Below, one piece after another: positions 49,738 to 59,889 of a DNA stretch of 64,000 bases. Origin of the DNA: an uncultured bacterium (GTDB lineage Bacteria > Auribacterota > Erginobacteria > Erginobacterales > Erginobacteraceae); assembly GCA_963822585.1 (NCBI GenBank), contig CAWGIE010000035.1:32001-96000 (forward strand). The letters are read 5' to 3'. The position numbers and the translations under genes are program-made. The notes under the pieces were generated by a model. The model saw only the letters and a program-made list of their open reading frames with translations. It made no database searches and was not told where the DNA came from. Numbering within the stretch: the first letter of the stretch is position 1; each line of letters opens with the position of its first letter.

Positions 49738-51209
49738 GATAGTCCTCCTTCGGCCATCTGCACGGCCCGGAAGAGCGCCTGGGCCTTGTTCAGACATTCC
49801 CGGTGTTCGTTCTCCGGGACGGAGTCGGCCACGATCCCGGCGCCGGCCTGAATAAAGGCGGTTTTGTCCTTGACGACAATCGTCCGGATGGTGATGCAGG
49901 AGTCGAGGTTGCCGTCAAAGCTGAAGTAGCCGACCGCCCCCGCATAGGGCCCGCGCCGGACAGGTTCCAGTTCCTCGATGATCTCCATCGCCCGGATTTT
50001 GGGGGCGCCGCTGACGGTCCCGGCCGGGAAGGTGGCGGCGAAGGCGCTGTAGGCGTCCTGGGAGGGGTCGAGTTTCCCCCGGACGTCGGAGACGATATGC
50101 ATGACGTGGGAGTATCGTTCGATGGACATCATATCGGCGACCCGGACCGACCCGGGGAGAGAGACCCGCCCCACGTCATTGCGGCCGAGATCGACGAGCA
50201 TGATATGCTCGGCCCTCTCTTTGGGATCGGCCAGCAGTTCCTCTTCCAGCCGCCCATCTTCCAGGACGGAGAGTCCCCGGGGCCGCGTCCCGGCGATGGG
50301 TCGGACCCGGACCTCGTCTCCGACGACCTGGACCATGATCTCCGGGGACGACCCGACCAGGTAGAGGTCGTCAAACCGGAGAAAGAACATGTAGGGAGAG
50401 GGGTTGATGGTTCGCAGCGCCCGGTAGATATCCAGGGGCGGGCAGGTGACCTCGGTCCGGAAGCGTTGGGAAAGAACCACCTGGAGGATATCCCCGGCCC
50501 GGATGTATTCCTGGGCGGCCCGGACGGCTTTTTCGAAATCCCGCTGTTTCATGTTGGAGGCAAGGTCTCCCCGGGGCCTGATCGGGGGGGGCTGAAAATA
50601 GGTACCGGGGGAGGCCCCCAGTAACTGCCCGAGTATGGTCTCGATCCGGGAGACCGCCGCCGCGTAGGCCTTTTCCGGGTCCCCCCCGATGTGGGCGTTG
50701 GCGACGATCTTGAGTTTGTTCATCAGCCGGTCGAAGATGAGGATGGTATCAGTAATCATGAAATAGAGTTCGGGAAGGTTCAGTTCGTCGATGTTCTTCT
50801 CCGGGAGTTGTTCGAAGTAGCGGACGCAGTCATACCCGATATAGCCGACCGCCCCGCCGGAAAAAGGCGGAAGCGTTTCATCCGGCACCGGCCGATAATT
50901 CTTGAGCAACCCTTTCAGGAGCATCAGGGGATTTCGGGTTCGCAGTCTTTTGGTTTTACCTTTCTCACTGATCTCCGCCTCGTTGCCCCGGCTTTTAAAG
51001 ATCAGGGAGGGATTGCTTCCCAGGAAGGAGTACCGGCCGATGCCTCCCCCCGACTCCGCGCTCTCCAGTAAAAAAGAATAGGGGGAGTCTCCCATTTTCA
51101 TGAAAGCCGAGACCGGCGTTTCCAGGTCGGCGATCACCTCGGTGTAAACCGGGACCAGGTTTCCCCGCCGGGCTTTCTCCTTGAAGGTCTTTTCATCGGG
51201 ATAGTACAT
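49734..51209 (-). CDS. trpE: Anthranilate synthase component I
   Basis: LLES...[65 protein letters not shown]. Confidence 0.96.
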   Translation of the reverse strand: MYYPDEKTFKEKARRGNLVPVYTEVIADLETPVSAFMKMGDSPYSFLLESAESGGGIGRYSFLGSNPSLIFKSRGNEAEISEKGKTKRLRTRNPLMLLKGLLKNYRPVPDETLPPFSGGAVGYIGYDCVRYFEQLPEKNIDELNLPELYFMITDTILIFDRLMNKLKIVANAHIGGDPEKAYAAAVSRIETILGQLLGASPGTYFQPPPIRPRGDLASNMKQRDFEKAVRAAQEYIRAGDILQVVLSQRFRTEVTCPPLDIYRALRTINPSPYMFFLRFDDLYLVGSSPEIMVQVVGDEVRVRPIAGTRPRGLSVLEDGRLEEELLADPKERAEHIMLVDLGRNDVGRVSLPGSVRVADMMSIERYSHVMHIVSDVRGKLDPSQDAYSAFAATFPAGTVSGAPKIRAMEIIEELEPVRRGPYAGAVGYFSFDGNLDSCITIRTIVVKDKTAFIQAGAGIVADSVPENEHRECLNKAQALFRAVQMAEGGLS

Positions 51210-51409
51210 GGCGGACTCCTTGATAGTAAGAGAGGATAGGTACAATCATTAGTATGTCGCGCTGTGTCACTTTCGTATAAGGGGGTGATGGAATGGTGGA
51301 GTATTGGAGTGATGGCATCGGCCCGGCAAACCGGAATTGCCTGCCTGCCTGATGCAACATTCTTTTATCCCTTTCTCTCTTCTTCGTGTTCTTCGTGTCC
51401 GTTGTGGTG

Positions 51410-51552
51410 AAAAAAATAAAAATGCCGCGGATACCTTTTTGCGGGCGCCCGCGGCTTATACGATAATGCCGAAATCGGAGGCGGACCCCGGCTATTGCCA
51501 GGGCCAGCCCCAGATAAAACGAAAGGCCGTGATTTCGGCTCGATTCTTTCAT
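51410..51552 (-). promoter_or_regulatory. trpL: trp attenuator: Trp-rich leader peptide (51492-51552, one extra A) and intrinsic terminator (stem 51424-51455 plus U tract)
   Basis: Minus strand TGG-GGC-TGG-CCC-TGG-CAA-TAG; gccgaaatc/gatttcggc pairing; gccgcgg...ccgcggc followed by attttt..tttt. Confidence 0.75.
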
Positions 51553-51561
51553 GATGGCGTT

Positions 51562-51590
51562 ACTATATATAGAAACACCAGCCCGGTCAA
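51562..51590 (-). promoter_or_regulatory. Sigma70-type promoter of the trp leader
   Basis: TTGACC-N17-TATAGT, 9 nt before the leader ATG. Confidence 0.7.
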
Positions 51591-51610
51591 GAAAAATTTT
51601 GCGATGAGGA

Positions 51611-51646
51611 AAAAAATCCGGGCCGCAAAAGCGGCCCGGATTTTTT
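51611..51646 (-). terminator. Intrinsic terminator after tRNA-Ala (bidirectional shape)
   Basis: aaaaaatccgggccgc-aaaa-gcggcccggatttttt. Confidence 0.85.
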
Positions 51647-51647
51647 A

Positions 51648-51720
51648 TGGAGCTGAGGGGGTTCGAACCCCTGACCCCATGGCTGCCAGCCATGTGCTCT
51701 CCCAGCTGAGCTACAGCCCC
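51648..51720 (-). tRNA. tRNA-Ala(GGC), CCA not encoded
   Basis: GGGGCTGTAGCTCAGCTGGGAGAGC-ACATGG-CT-GGC-AG-CCATG-GGGTCAGGGGTTCGAACCCCCTCAGCTCCA cloverleaf; G3:U70 pair. Confidence 0.96.
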
Positions 51721-52045
51721 TGACGATGCGATCTATTATTATTCAGAAAGGAACAGGGAGGTCAACTCCCCGTCTTAGGGATTCACGGATTTACGCGACC
51801 GCAGGGAGCGTAAAACGATGAAGCCCCTAGATCCCGCAACAAAGTTTTGCGGGGCTGAGCTACAGCCCCGTACAATTTATCCCGCGGGAAAATTGTAGTG
51901 TAATATATACGCGCGTCATTGCAAGTTCAATTTAAAACGGGGGCTGCGCGTTCATCTTCCGGGGACATGACCGGGGTGGCCGCGCCGGCCGCCGCGCAGT
52001 TCCTGCCGCGCTATAGCGGAAGGGATTCCGACTTCCGGCGTCCAC

Positions 52046-55000
52046 CTAAAAACTCTGCCCCACCACCGGGGTGTCGCCGGAGCTGCCGTAGCGTTGTTTG
52101 AAGTTGGGGCCGATCGGGTTGTAGATATACCACCTCCCCTCCCCGGGCCGGAAGGTGCCTAAATTGTACTGACCGTTCCCGTCGAAGTCCCCGACCACCG
52201 GGACGTCGGTCGCGTAGCCGTACCGTACTTTCCCGATGTTCCAGAGGAACCAGACCATGTGGTAGTCGCCGTAGTAGCGCCAGAGAACGGGGTCGCTCGC
52301 CCCGTCACCGTCGTAATCCATCGCCGTCACGGTGTCCCCGGCATAGCCCCAGTTAAAATAGTAGTGTCCTCCGTCCGCTTCCCGGAAGAGCCAGCGCAGC
52401 CCGGAGTCGACCGGGCGCACCAGGGCCTGGTCGCAGGTCCCGTCCCCGTCGTAGTCTCCCGGGATCGGGATGTCTTCCGGGTAGCCGTAGGGCTGCCAGG
52501 CATTGGCCGCCCCGTAAATATGCCAGTAGCACATCCCCGTCGCGGGGTAATAGCTCCAGGTCGCGTAGTCGGTCGTCCCGTCGCCGTCGTAATCCTCCGG
52601 AACCGGGACGTCCCCCCCCATCCCCCAGACCAGCCCTTCCGTGATTACCTCCCCGCTGATCGTGTCCTTCACCCGCCAGGTCGAGCTGAACCGGTTGTAG
52701 CAGGCGAGGTCCGCCGTCCCGTCCCCGTTGTAATCCCCGGGGGCGGGAATGTCCCCTTCCTGATCCCCCCAGACCACCCCTTCCGTGATCACGGAGGCGT
52801 CCTGCGCGTCCATGATCATCCAGGTCCCGTCCCGAAAGAGCGCGTAGTCGGTGTAGCCGTCTCCGTTGTAATCGTCCCACCCCACGACCAGATAGGCCGA
52901 GGTCGGCCGCGGAATGGGTGTCGGTGAAGATGAGGGCGAAGGTGTAGCGGTGGCCGACGGTGTCGGGGTGGGGGAGGAGGTCTCGCCGGGTATGATGTAG
53001 TTGATGGTTAATGACGGGCGATGGGAGGCGTCGCTGTTCTCCCGGGAAGAGTAGATCGTCCAGACATACATCTGGGTCGCGGGCGAGGTGATCACGATCC
53101 CGTTATTCTCCGCTTCCCCCGATAGCCACTGTTCCACCAGCGGGGAGAGGTCGAAGGTTACCGGTCCGGCGCTTCCCGGTGATTGCTCGTCCACCGGTCC
53201 GCCGCCGGTGTCGAAGTCGCTTCCCGCCGTGTTCCACGGGTGTAGCCCGTCCCGGGTGGTCCAGGTGGCTCCGTCTTCGTATCCGCTCCCTTCAACCCAA
53301 TCCGCGATCAGCCGGTAGACCTGATTGATCGGGTTGTTGTCGATCGAGTCGGCGTGGAGCTTCATCTCCGCCGAAAGGAAAATCCCCGACTCGGGGGGGA
53401 TAAAGGAATCGAGATCGAAGGCAATCAGCGTCCGGAAAGACGGCTGCATCCCGTTATAGACCTGGAGGATGTCGCTGGCGCCGTTGTTCGCGCCCTGTGG
53501 CCAGATATAGGTATCACGGGCGGCGGGGAATGCGAACCTCTCCACGGTGCCGGCCGGATAGACGATGAACCGGTAGAGACCGGTAACGATGTGAAAACCG
53601 TCTCCGACGGTCAGCGTGACCGTGATCTCCGCCTCGCCGGCGTAGACATGGGTCACCACCTGACCATCACCGGCCGACCCGTCGCCGAAATCCCAGTGAA
53701 ACGTCAGTGGGTCCGATTCGGGATCGGAGGTCGCGGAAGCGTCGAAGGTGACTTCAATCCTCTCTTGAATCAGCCCGGGATCATCGTCGCCCTCACCACC
53801 GGCGGTTCGTTAGCGATATTCTCAACCGTCACCGAGACCGTATCGCTGTCGGCATGGTTATTGGAGGTGTCGATCGCGCGGGCGAAGATCGGGTAGAGGC
53901 CGTTTTCCACGGTCGGTCGTATCGAGCGTGACCTGATAGGGACTCTGGTAAACGGTCTCCAGAGGGTGTCCGCCGAAATAAAATTCCACTTCCCGGATGG
54001 CGACGTTGTCCGTGGCGGAAGCCTCGATGACGGTTGTCCCCGATACCGTCTCCCCATCCCCCGGCCGGACCAGGGTGATCTCCGGCGGTGTCTCGTCGAT
54101 GATATTATCGATGGAGAAGGTGATCGCGCTGCTCTCGGTCCAGTTGCCCCGGTAATCAAAGGCCTTCGCGGTCAGGATGTAAGTACCATTCGCCGTCCGG
54201 GTCGTGTTCCAGGCGGTGGTGAAGGGATCTATGTAGTAGGCCCCGGCGATTTTCTCGCCGTTCAACTGGTAAGTGACCCGGAGTACGCCGGTGTTATCGG
54301 AGGTGTCGACTTCGAGAGGAATAACCCCCGATACGCTTACCCCATCCGCCGGCGCGAGCAGGGAGACCCGGGGCGGTTCACTGTCCGGCGGCAGTTCATC
54401 GAGGGTTTCCGCGTAATAGAGGTACACATGACCGAAAGTAACCTGATTGACCGCTTCTTTGAGGGAAGTGTATGTCGGCGCGTCCCCCCAGGTAGGATGG
54501 GTCGTTCACGGCGGTTTGGAAGAACTGCTTGCCATTCTCCAGGTAGATTCTCTCGCCCGTGATCTTATAGGCATACGCGCAGACGTCGGCCATCAGCAGC
54601 ATCCAGTTGGTTATCATGTCGGTGCCGTCGGGATCGTTGCCCCCGGCGAAGTCCCCAGGAGTAAAAGATCGAGTATTCCCCGTTATGGTCTTTGGTGGCG
54701 AAAGATAAAATCCAGTCGGTGTAGTCCACCAGGAGGCTCTCCGCGGCCTGTGCCGCTTCCGCCAGTCCGTTTTCTGTGGTGAGTTCGGCGTACCGGCCGA
54801 CGGCGGCCAGGTACATGGTAAGCTGCCAGGAGCTGACATAGCCCTCGCTCCCCGCCCGGGGGACCGTTGAACCAGGGTTGCCGATCGGGGGAGAAATGTC
54901 CGATGATCTCGCCGGCGAGCTGCAGGTATTTAACGTCCCCGGTGTCGCGGAACCCCTCTCGACCAGCGTCGAGAGGGCGTTCGCGTATTCCCGGCTTGCC

Positions 55001-57046
55001 GAGTTGGATAGATAAGAGAGTCCCTCGAATCTTTTATCCGGGTAGTATTCATCGGAGTAAAACATGTACATGTGTTCCGCCGCTTTATCGATGAAACGCT
55101 TGCTGACCGGATCCCCGGTCAGATAATAATGAAGCAGGGCGCCCCGGGAGCCATATGCGGTATCGGAGACCGGGCCCAGGTAGTTTCTCTGCCCGTTTTG
55201 ATTGCCGGTTTCCCCATGTTGAGAGTGGCCGAAGATCGCGTCGCGCCAGCGCCAGACGTCATATCCGGTATCCGTCACCACGTCGTGGAGCATCAAAAGC
55301 TCCAGATAGCCGGTGAGCGCTTCCGCCATCTCCCGCCAGCGGTCGTCGCCGGTGCGTAGAAACTGCAGCCAGGCGCCGAAATCGGAGTCATATTTCACGT
55401 TGTACGGTCCGGCCTTGCCGTCTCCGTAGGCCTCGAAGTCAAGAGGCTGATTGCCGAACCATGACCAGCCATAACAGTTGAAGAAATCCCGGCTTGACGG
55501 CTCTTCGGCGGTACCTTCCCAGAAGCTGTGATAGGGGTAGTAATAAGAGAAGGGGCCATGGTAAAGCGGATCCGGCGCCAGGACCCGGTCGTTCAGATAA
55601 GCATAGAGCCCGGCGTTGTCCAGGTTATCCGCTTCTCCCTCCCTCTCCACCGCGCTCCCCGTTTCCGCGGGCGCAGAACTCCTGCAGGGCCCGGGAAGCG
55701 ATCAACCACCGGGGGGAAGGAACGGCCGTGAGAGGGGCGTTCAGGCATTGGGCGATATCCCCGGCTCCCGAAGAAGAAGCGTTGCCCTGGTGAAAGTACA
55801 GGAAAGTTCTCGTGGGTCTTTTCTTCTCCGGTCCGGAAATTGTATTGCCCGGTATACTCCGGGGGAAAAAGTTTCAGAAAAACGCCCCCCTGGGCATCGG
55901 AGGCAAGAGCCTTGGGAAAGAGCTGCCAGAAATTCCAAATCCCGGCGGTGATGCCCTTCTCCGCCCCGGAAAGATCCATCCACCCAGCGAAATGGTCTCC
56001 CGCCCCGATCCGGCCCTCTCCGAGAGTGACCTGGTAGCCCCGGAAGCGGCAGTAGGCGTTGGTCCGGGGCTGATCGGAGGATCCGTAGTTGTCCCAGTAG
56101 TCCGTCCCGGAGGAATCCTGGTAGGCGAGAAAATCGCCGGAGAGGTCGACTGTCGCCCTCCCGCTTTCGGAAGGATAGGTGCAGGAGAGTCCCGTCGGCG
56201 CCTGATCGAGCCGGATCGCCGCCTCCACGCTCGCGAAAGTAACGCTGTTGGCACCGTAGTAATCGAATGCCTCGTATTTACCCGCGGTCTCGTTGAAAGC
56301 CAACGGCCGGTGATTCCCCAGTGTGCAGAGAACCCGGACAAAGCTCTTCCCGGCATAAAAGTAAAGGTAAGCGGTGCAGTCAAGACTATCGCCGTTGTCG
56401 GTGTTTTGCAGCGTCCCGATTACCTTGACGACGGCCCGCAACGGTCCCTCATCGATCAGAGCAACTGTTTGCGGGGGGCCGTGAAAAAGAGGCGTACTCC
56501 GTCCCGGAGCCGTCTTGCAGGATCAGACCGTTCTCATCCGTGTCCGTGATAACCATTCCCCCACCGTGACCCGTTTCAAAAGGGAAAAATGCTGCTTGCT
56601 GACCGTAAATTCGGCCGCCAGAGTATTAATGAGCAGTTTTTCGGTGGTGTTGGAGACGATCGTGACCCCGGCGGAGGTCTGATTCTCTTTCTTCCCCGTA
56701 AGGTAACAAGTCGCGCCGCCCCTCGCCCCGACATCGGCGAAGAAGGTCGCCAGCAACCACTTAACGGGCTTATCGATCTCGTCCGTGTGCCGCCCCAGCG
56801 GGCGGTTACCTGGAACTGAGAGGGAACCGTTTCCCCTTCCGCGGTCTCTATATTGAACATGCCCGTTGATCGGATGTCCCGGTCCCGGGGGACCGGTATT
56901 CCGGCCGTGACCGGTACCTGAGAATAGCTGAAATCGTGGTCGTTTCTGACTCGAGCCGACAGTGAGTTCCGCTCGCGCGGAGAAGGGGAGGGCATGCAAA
57001 AAAAACCGGTGAGGAAAAGAGATGAGGAGAACCGGAAATTTTTCAT
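52046..57046 (-). CDS. Large secreted glycan-active protein: YetA/exo-rhamnogalacturonan-lyase-like core, two Ig-like domains, PKD, DNRLRE-type domain, PT linker, DYNGDG repeats; split by several frameshifts
   Basis: PVTAGIPVP, VPSQFQVTARW, KWL, WNFWQLFPK, QFLRTGD.RW; PP.V.L..P.DG..VSG twice; WDFGDG; DTY...R.LI.FDL...W.E...TW; sequence continues across ~8 overlapping ORFs. Confidence 0.68.
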
Positions 57047-57103
57047 GATAAGCCCCCTGGAATGAGTATGTGTTGCGGGAAAAGGGATCCCGGAAAACAT
57101 ATG

Positions 57104-57120
57104 AGCAAGAATCATGCCAA
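57104..57120 (-). promoter_or_regulatory. Sigma54 (-24/-12) promoter
   Basis: Minus strand TTGGCATGATTCTTGCT, GG-N10-GC, 57 nt upstream of the ATG at 57046. Confidence 0.7.
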
Positions 57121-57291
57121 AGCTATCCGGTAAAATGCCGACGGCAGAACACGTTATCCGTCAAGTGATAGTGACTGAAAAGCCAAATGCCGGCAGCCGC
57201 TCTCCGGTATCCGATGTTGCGGTTGTGAATGAGCATGTTGCGGGGAGGAAACTGTTGCCTGATCGAAGGGGTATAAAGCAGGGGTGAGCGG

Positions 57292-57329
57292 AAAAAAGAT
57301 GGAGCGGCCCGTTCACGGACCGCTCCATC
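57292..57329 (-). terminator. Intrinsic terminator after the SBBP gene
   Basis: gatggagcgg...ccgctccatc stem followed by a T run on the minus strand. Confidence 0.75.
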
Positions 57330-57371
57330 CTGTAGGATGCTTGGGCTGGGTCAGAGCCCGTTTAGTACTGT

Positions 57372-59660
57372 CTACCGGGTGGCGGCGATATCGTTTTCGG
57401 AGCCGAAATAGACACGCAGCCCCGTTCGGGCAGCCCACAGGCCCTGCCATCCCCGGAAAATACCGGGATCGTCAATGGGGTCCCCGTTATAGTCGGCCGG
57501 GACCGCCTGGTCTTCACAATTGCCGAAGTAAATACGGGAGACGCCCTTGATCGCCCAGAGCCCGGCGCCGGGCCGGAAAATCCCGATCTCCCAGGTGCCG
57601 TCCCCGTCATAGTCGCCGGAGGCGACCTGGTCGTTCTCGCGGCCGAAGTAGGTCCGAGTGACACCCCTGACCGACCAGAGTCCGTCCTGGGGGCGGAAGA
57701 TGCTGACCACCGAGGACCCGGTCCCCTGGTAGTCGCCCGGGACCGGCATGTCGCCGCCAGCGCCGAAATAGGTCCTCCCGCCGCCGCGGACCGACCAGAG
57801 CCCGGACTGGGCGCGGAAGATAGCAATGTCGCAGCCACCATCCCCGTTATAGTCGGAGGGAGCGGGCTGATCGTTCGGGGACCCGAAATATAGACGGGTT
57901 ATGCCGTGGACCGCCCAGAGTCCGCTGGCCGTCCGGAAGATGGCCGGGTCGGCCGTACCGTCGCCGTTATAGTCGCCGGGGGCGACCCGGTCGGTGCTCC
58001 CGCCGAAGTAGATCCGGGAGATACCCCGGATCGCCCAGAGGCCGGAAGAGGGCCGGAAGATGGCGACGTCTGAGGTGCCGTCGCCGTTGTAGTCGCCGTC
58101 GGCATAGACCGGGCTGAGAGAGGGCTGGTAGATCTTGGTGATGAAGGCATCGGTGCTCCCCGCCCGGCTTGACTGGTAGGGGTTCTCGATCGGGAAGTTG
58201 TCGGACAGAGTTGTTCCCCCGATGTACGCGCTTCCCTGGGTATCGACCGCGATCCCCTTTCCGACATCATCGTTGTTTCCGCCGAGATAGGTGGAATAAA
58301 GGAGCCGCTGTCCTTGGCAGGAGAATTTTGCCACGAAGGCGTCGCCCCCGGTCTGGTCGGCGAAGCTTGACTGATAGGCGTTCTCCACCGGGAAGTCATC
58401 GGACATAGTATAGCCGGTGATAAAGGCGAAATCGTCCAGGTAGACGGCGATCCCCCAGGCTTCGTCATCTTCAGAACCGCCCAGGTAGGTGGAGAAAGCC
58501 AGTGGCGAGCCGGGAGACATAATCTTGGTGACGAAGGCGTCGTGATCCGGCGGCTTCGTCGACTGATAAGCATTGACGACCGGGAAATCACCCGAAATGG
58601 TCGAGCCGGTGATGTAAATATTTGTCGTCAACGGCGATGTCCATGCCATCGTCGAAATGCTCCCCGCCCAAATACGTGGAGAAGGTGAGCGAACTTCCGT
58701 CCGGATCGAATTTGGTGACGAAGACGTCATCGTTACCGGAGAACGTCGCCTGATAACAGTTTCTAGTGGGAAAATCTTCCGAACTGGTATCCCCGGTAAC
58801 ATAGGCGCATTGAGTATAGGCGATACCGACCGCGCCCGCCTGGCCGGGATCATCAGGATCGGCCCCGCCAAAAAATATCGCGGAGGCATCGACCGCGATG
58901 GCGCGTCCAGTGTCATCGGGTTCCCACCCAGGTAAGTAGAGAATATCAGAGACGATCCGGTAGAATCGAACTTAGTCACAAAAGCGTCACCCTGCCCATC
59001 CTGGCTCGACTGGTATGGGTTGACTGTTGGGAAATTGTATGAGCCGGTATAGCCGGTAACATAAGCGTGCCGGAGACTGTCGACGGCGATTCCATAACCG
59101 AATTCAGCGGGGTTATAACCGCTATCACCGCCTAGATACGTGGAATAGAGCAACTCGGAACCCGCAGAGGAGAATTTGGTGACGAAGACGTCATCATTAC
59201 CACCGCCGTGGCTGCTTTGGTACGCGTTGACAGTAGGGAAATTGCTGGAACCGGTCGAACCGACAACATAGGCGCAATAATAGGTGTCGATCGCTATCCC
59301 GTCACCGCTCTCGCTGCCGTTTCCGCCCAGGTAAGTGGAGAAGATGAGTTGGGAACCGTCGGCGGAGAGCTTACTGATGAAAGCGTCGTCAGCGGCCTTG
59401 CTTGCCTGGTAGGGGTTTTCAGTGGGGAAGTCGGTTGAAGAGGTACGGCCGATCACGTATACGCACTGGGCTTGATCGACGGCGACGCATCCCCCCCCGC
59501 CGTTATCGCTGGCGTTCCCGATTTGGTCGCCTCCTGTTCCCCCCAGGTAAGTTGAATATTCAACCTCCGCCGGGTCGAGAATCTCCAGGGCAACAACCGT
59601 GCCGGCGGTTATGCAGAAGATGCCGGCAATCACAAGCAATAAAAGTGCGTTTTTTCTCAT
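57372..59660 (-). CDS. Secreted SBBP-repeat beta-propeller protein with C-terminal DYNGDG repeat module (compensating frameshifts at ~58620-58920)
   Basis: Signal peptide; YSTYLGG...D....IAVD....AYV.G.T.S.NFP..N.YQ...DAFVTK repeats; six DYNGDG units ending DIAATR; AGGAGG RBS. Confidence 0.85.
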   Translation of the reverse strand: MRKNALLLLVIAGIFCITAGTVVALEILDPAEVEYSTYLGGTGGDQIGNASDNGGGGCVAVDQAQCVYVIGRTSSTDFPTENPYQASKAADDAFISKLSADGSQLIFSTYLGGNGSESGDGIAIDTYYCAYVVGSTGSSNFPTVNAYQSSHGGGNDDVFVTKFSSAGSELLYSTYLGGDSGYNPAEFGYGIAVDSLRHAYVTGYTGSYNFPTVNPYQSSQDGQGDAFVTKFDSTGSSLIFSTYLGGNPMTLDAPSRSMPPRYFLAGPILMIPARRARSVSPILNAPMLPGIPVRKIFPLETVIRRRSPVTMTSSSPNSIRTEVRSPSPRIWAGSISTMAWTSPLTTNIYITGSTISGDFPVVNAYQSTKPPDHDAFVTKIMSPGSPLAFSTYLGGSEDDEAWGIAVYLDDFAFITGYTMSDDFPVENAYQSSFADQTGGDAFVAKFSCQGQRLLYSTYLGGNNDDVGKGIAVDTQGSAYIGGTTLSDNFPIENPYQSSRAGSTDAFITKIYQPSLSPVYADGDYNGDGTSDVAIFRPSSGLWAIRGISRIYFGGSTDRVAPGDYNGDGTADPAIFRTASGLWAVHGITRLYFGSPNDQPAPSDYNGDGGCDIAIFRAQSGLWSVRGGGRTYFGAGGDMPVPGDYQGTGSSVVSIFRPQDGLWSVRGVTRTYFGRENDQVASGDYDGDGTWEIGIFRPGAGLWAIKGVSRIYFGNCEDQAVPADYNGDPIDDPGIFRGWQGLWAARTGLRVYFGSENDIAATR

Positions 59661-59889
59661 GGATCCCTCCTTTCCGTAAAGTTTCCCTTTTATTAATTAT
59701 TATTAATAGAAACATCAAAGTAATAATAATCGAACGGAAAGTCAACGAAAAATCGGATATGAACCAATTCATACCATGAGGAGTCTATACATACATATAT
59801 ACTATTCCCGGAAATGACATTCATCAGAATTGTCTTCGAATGAGCGGATTTGGGATGAAAAAACATGAATTGAATGATAGGATAATCCT

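Noticed and set aside
51648..59660. Prophage or genomic island integrated at tRNA-Ala
   Set aside because: No integrase or phage genes and no distal 3' tRNA duplication seen; only a local 16-bp 5' duplication
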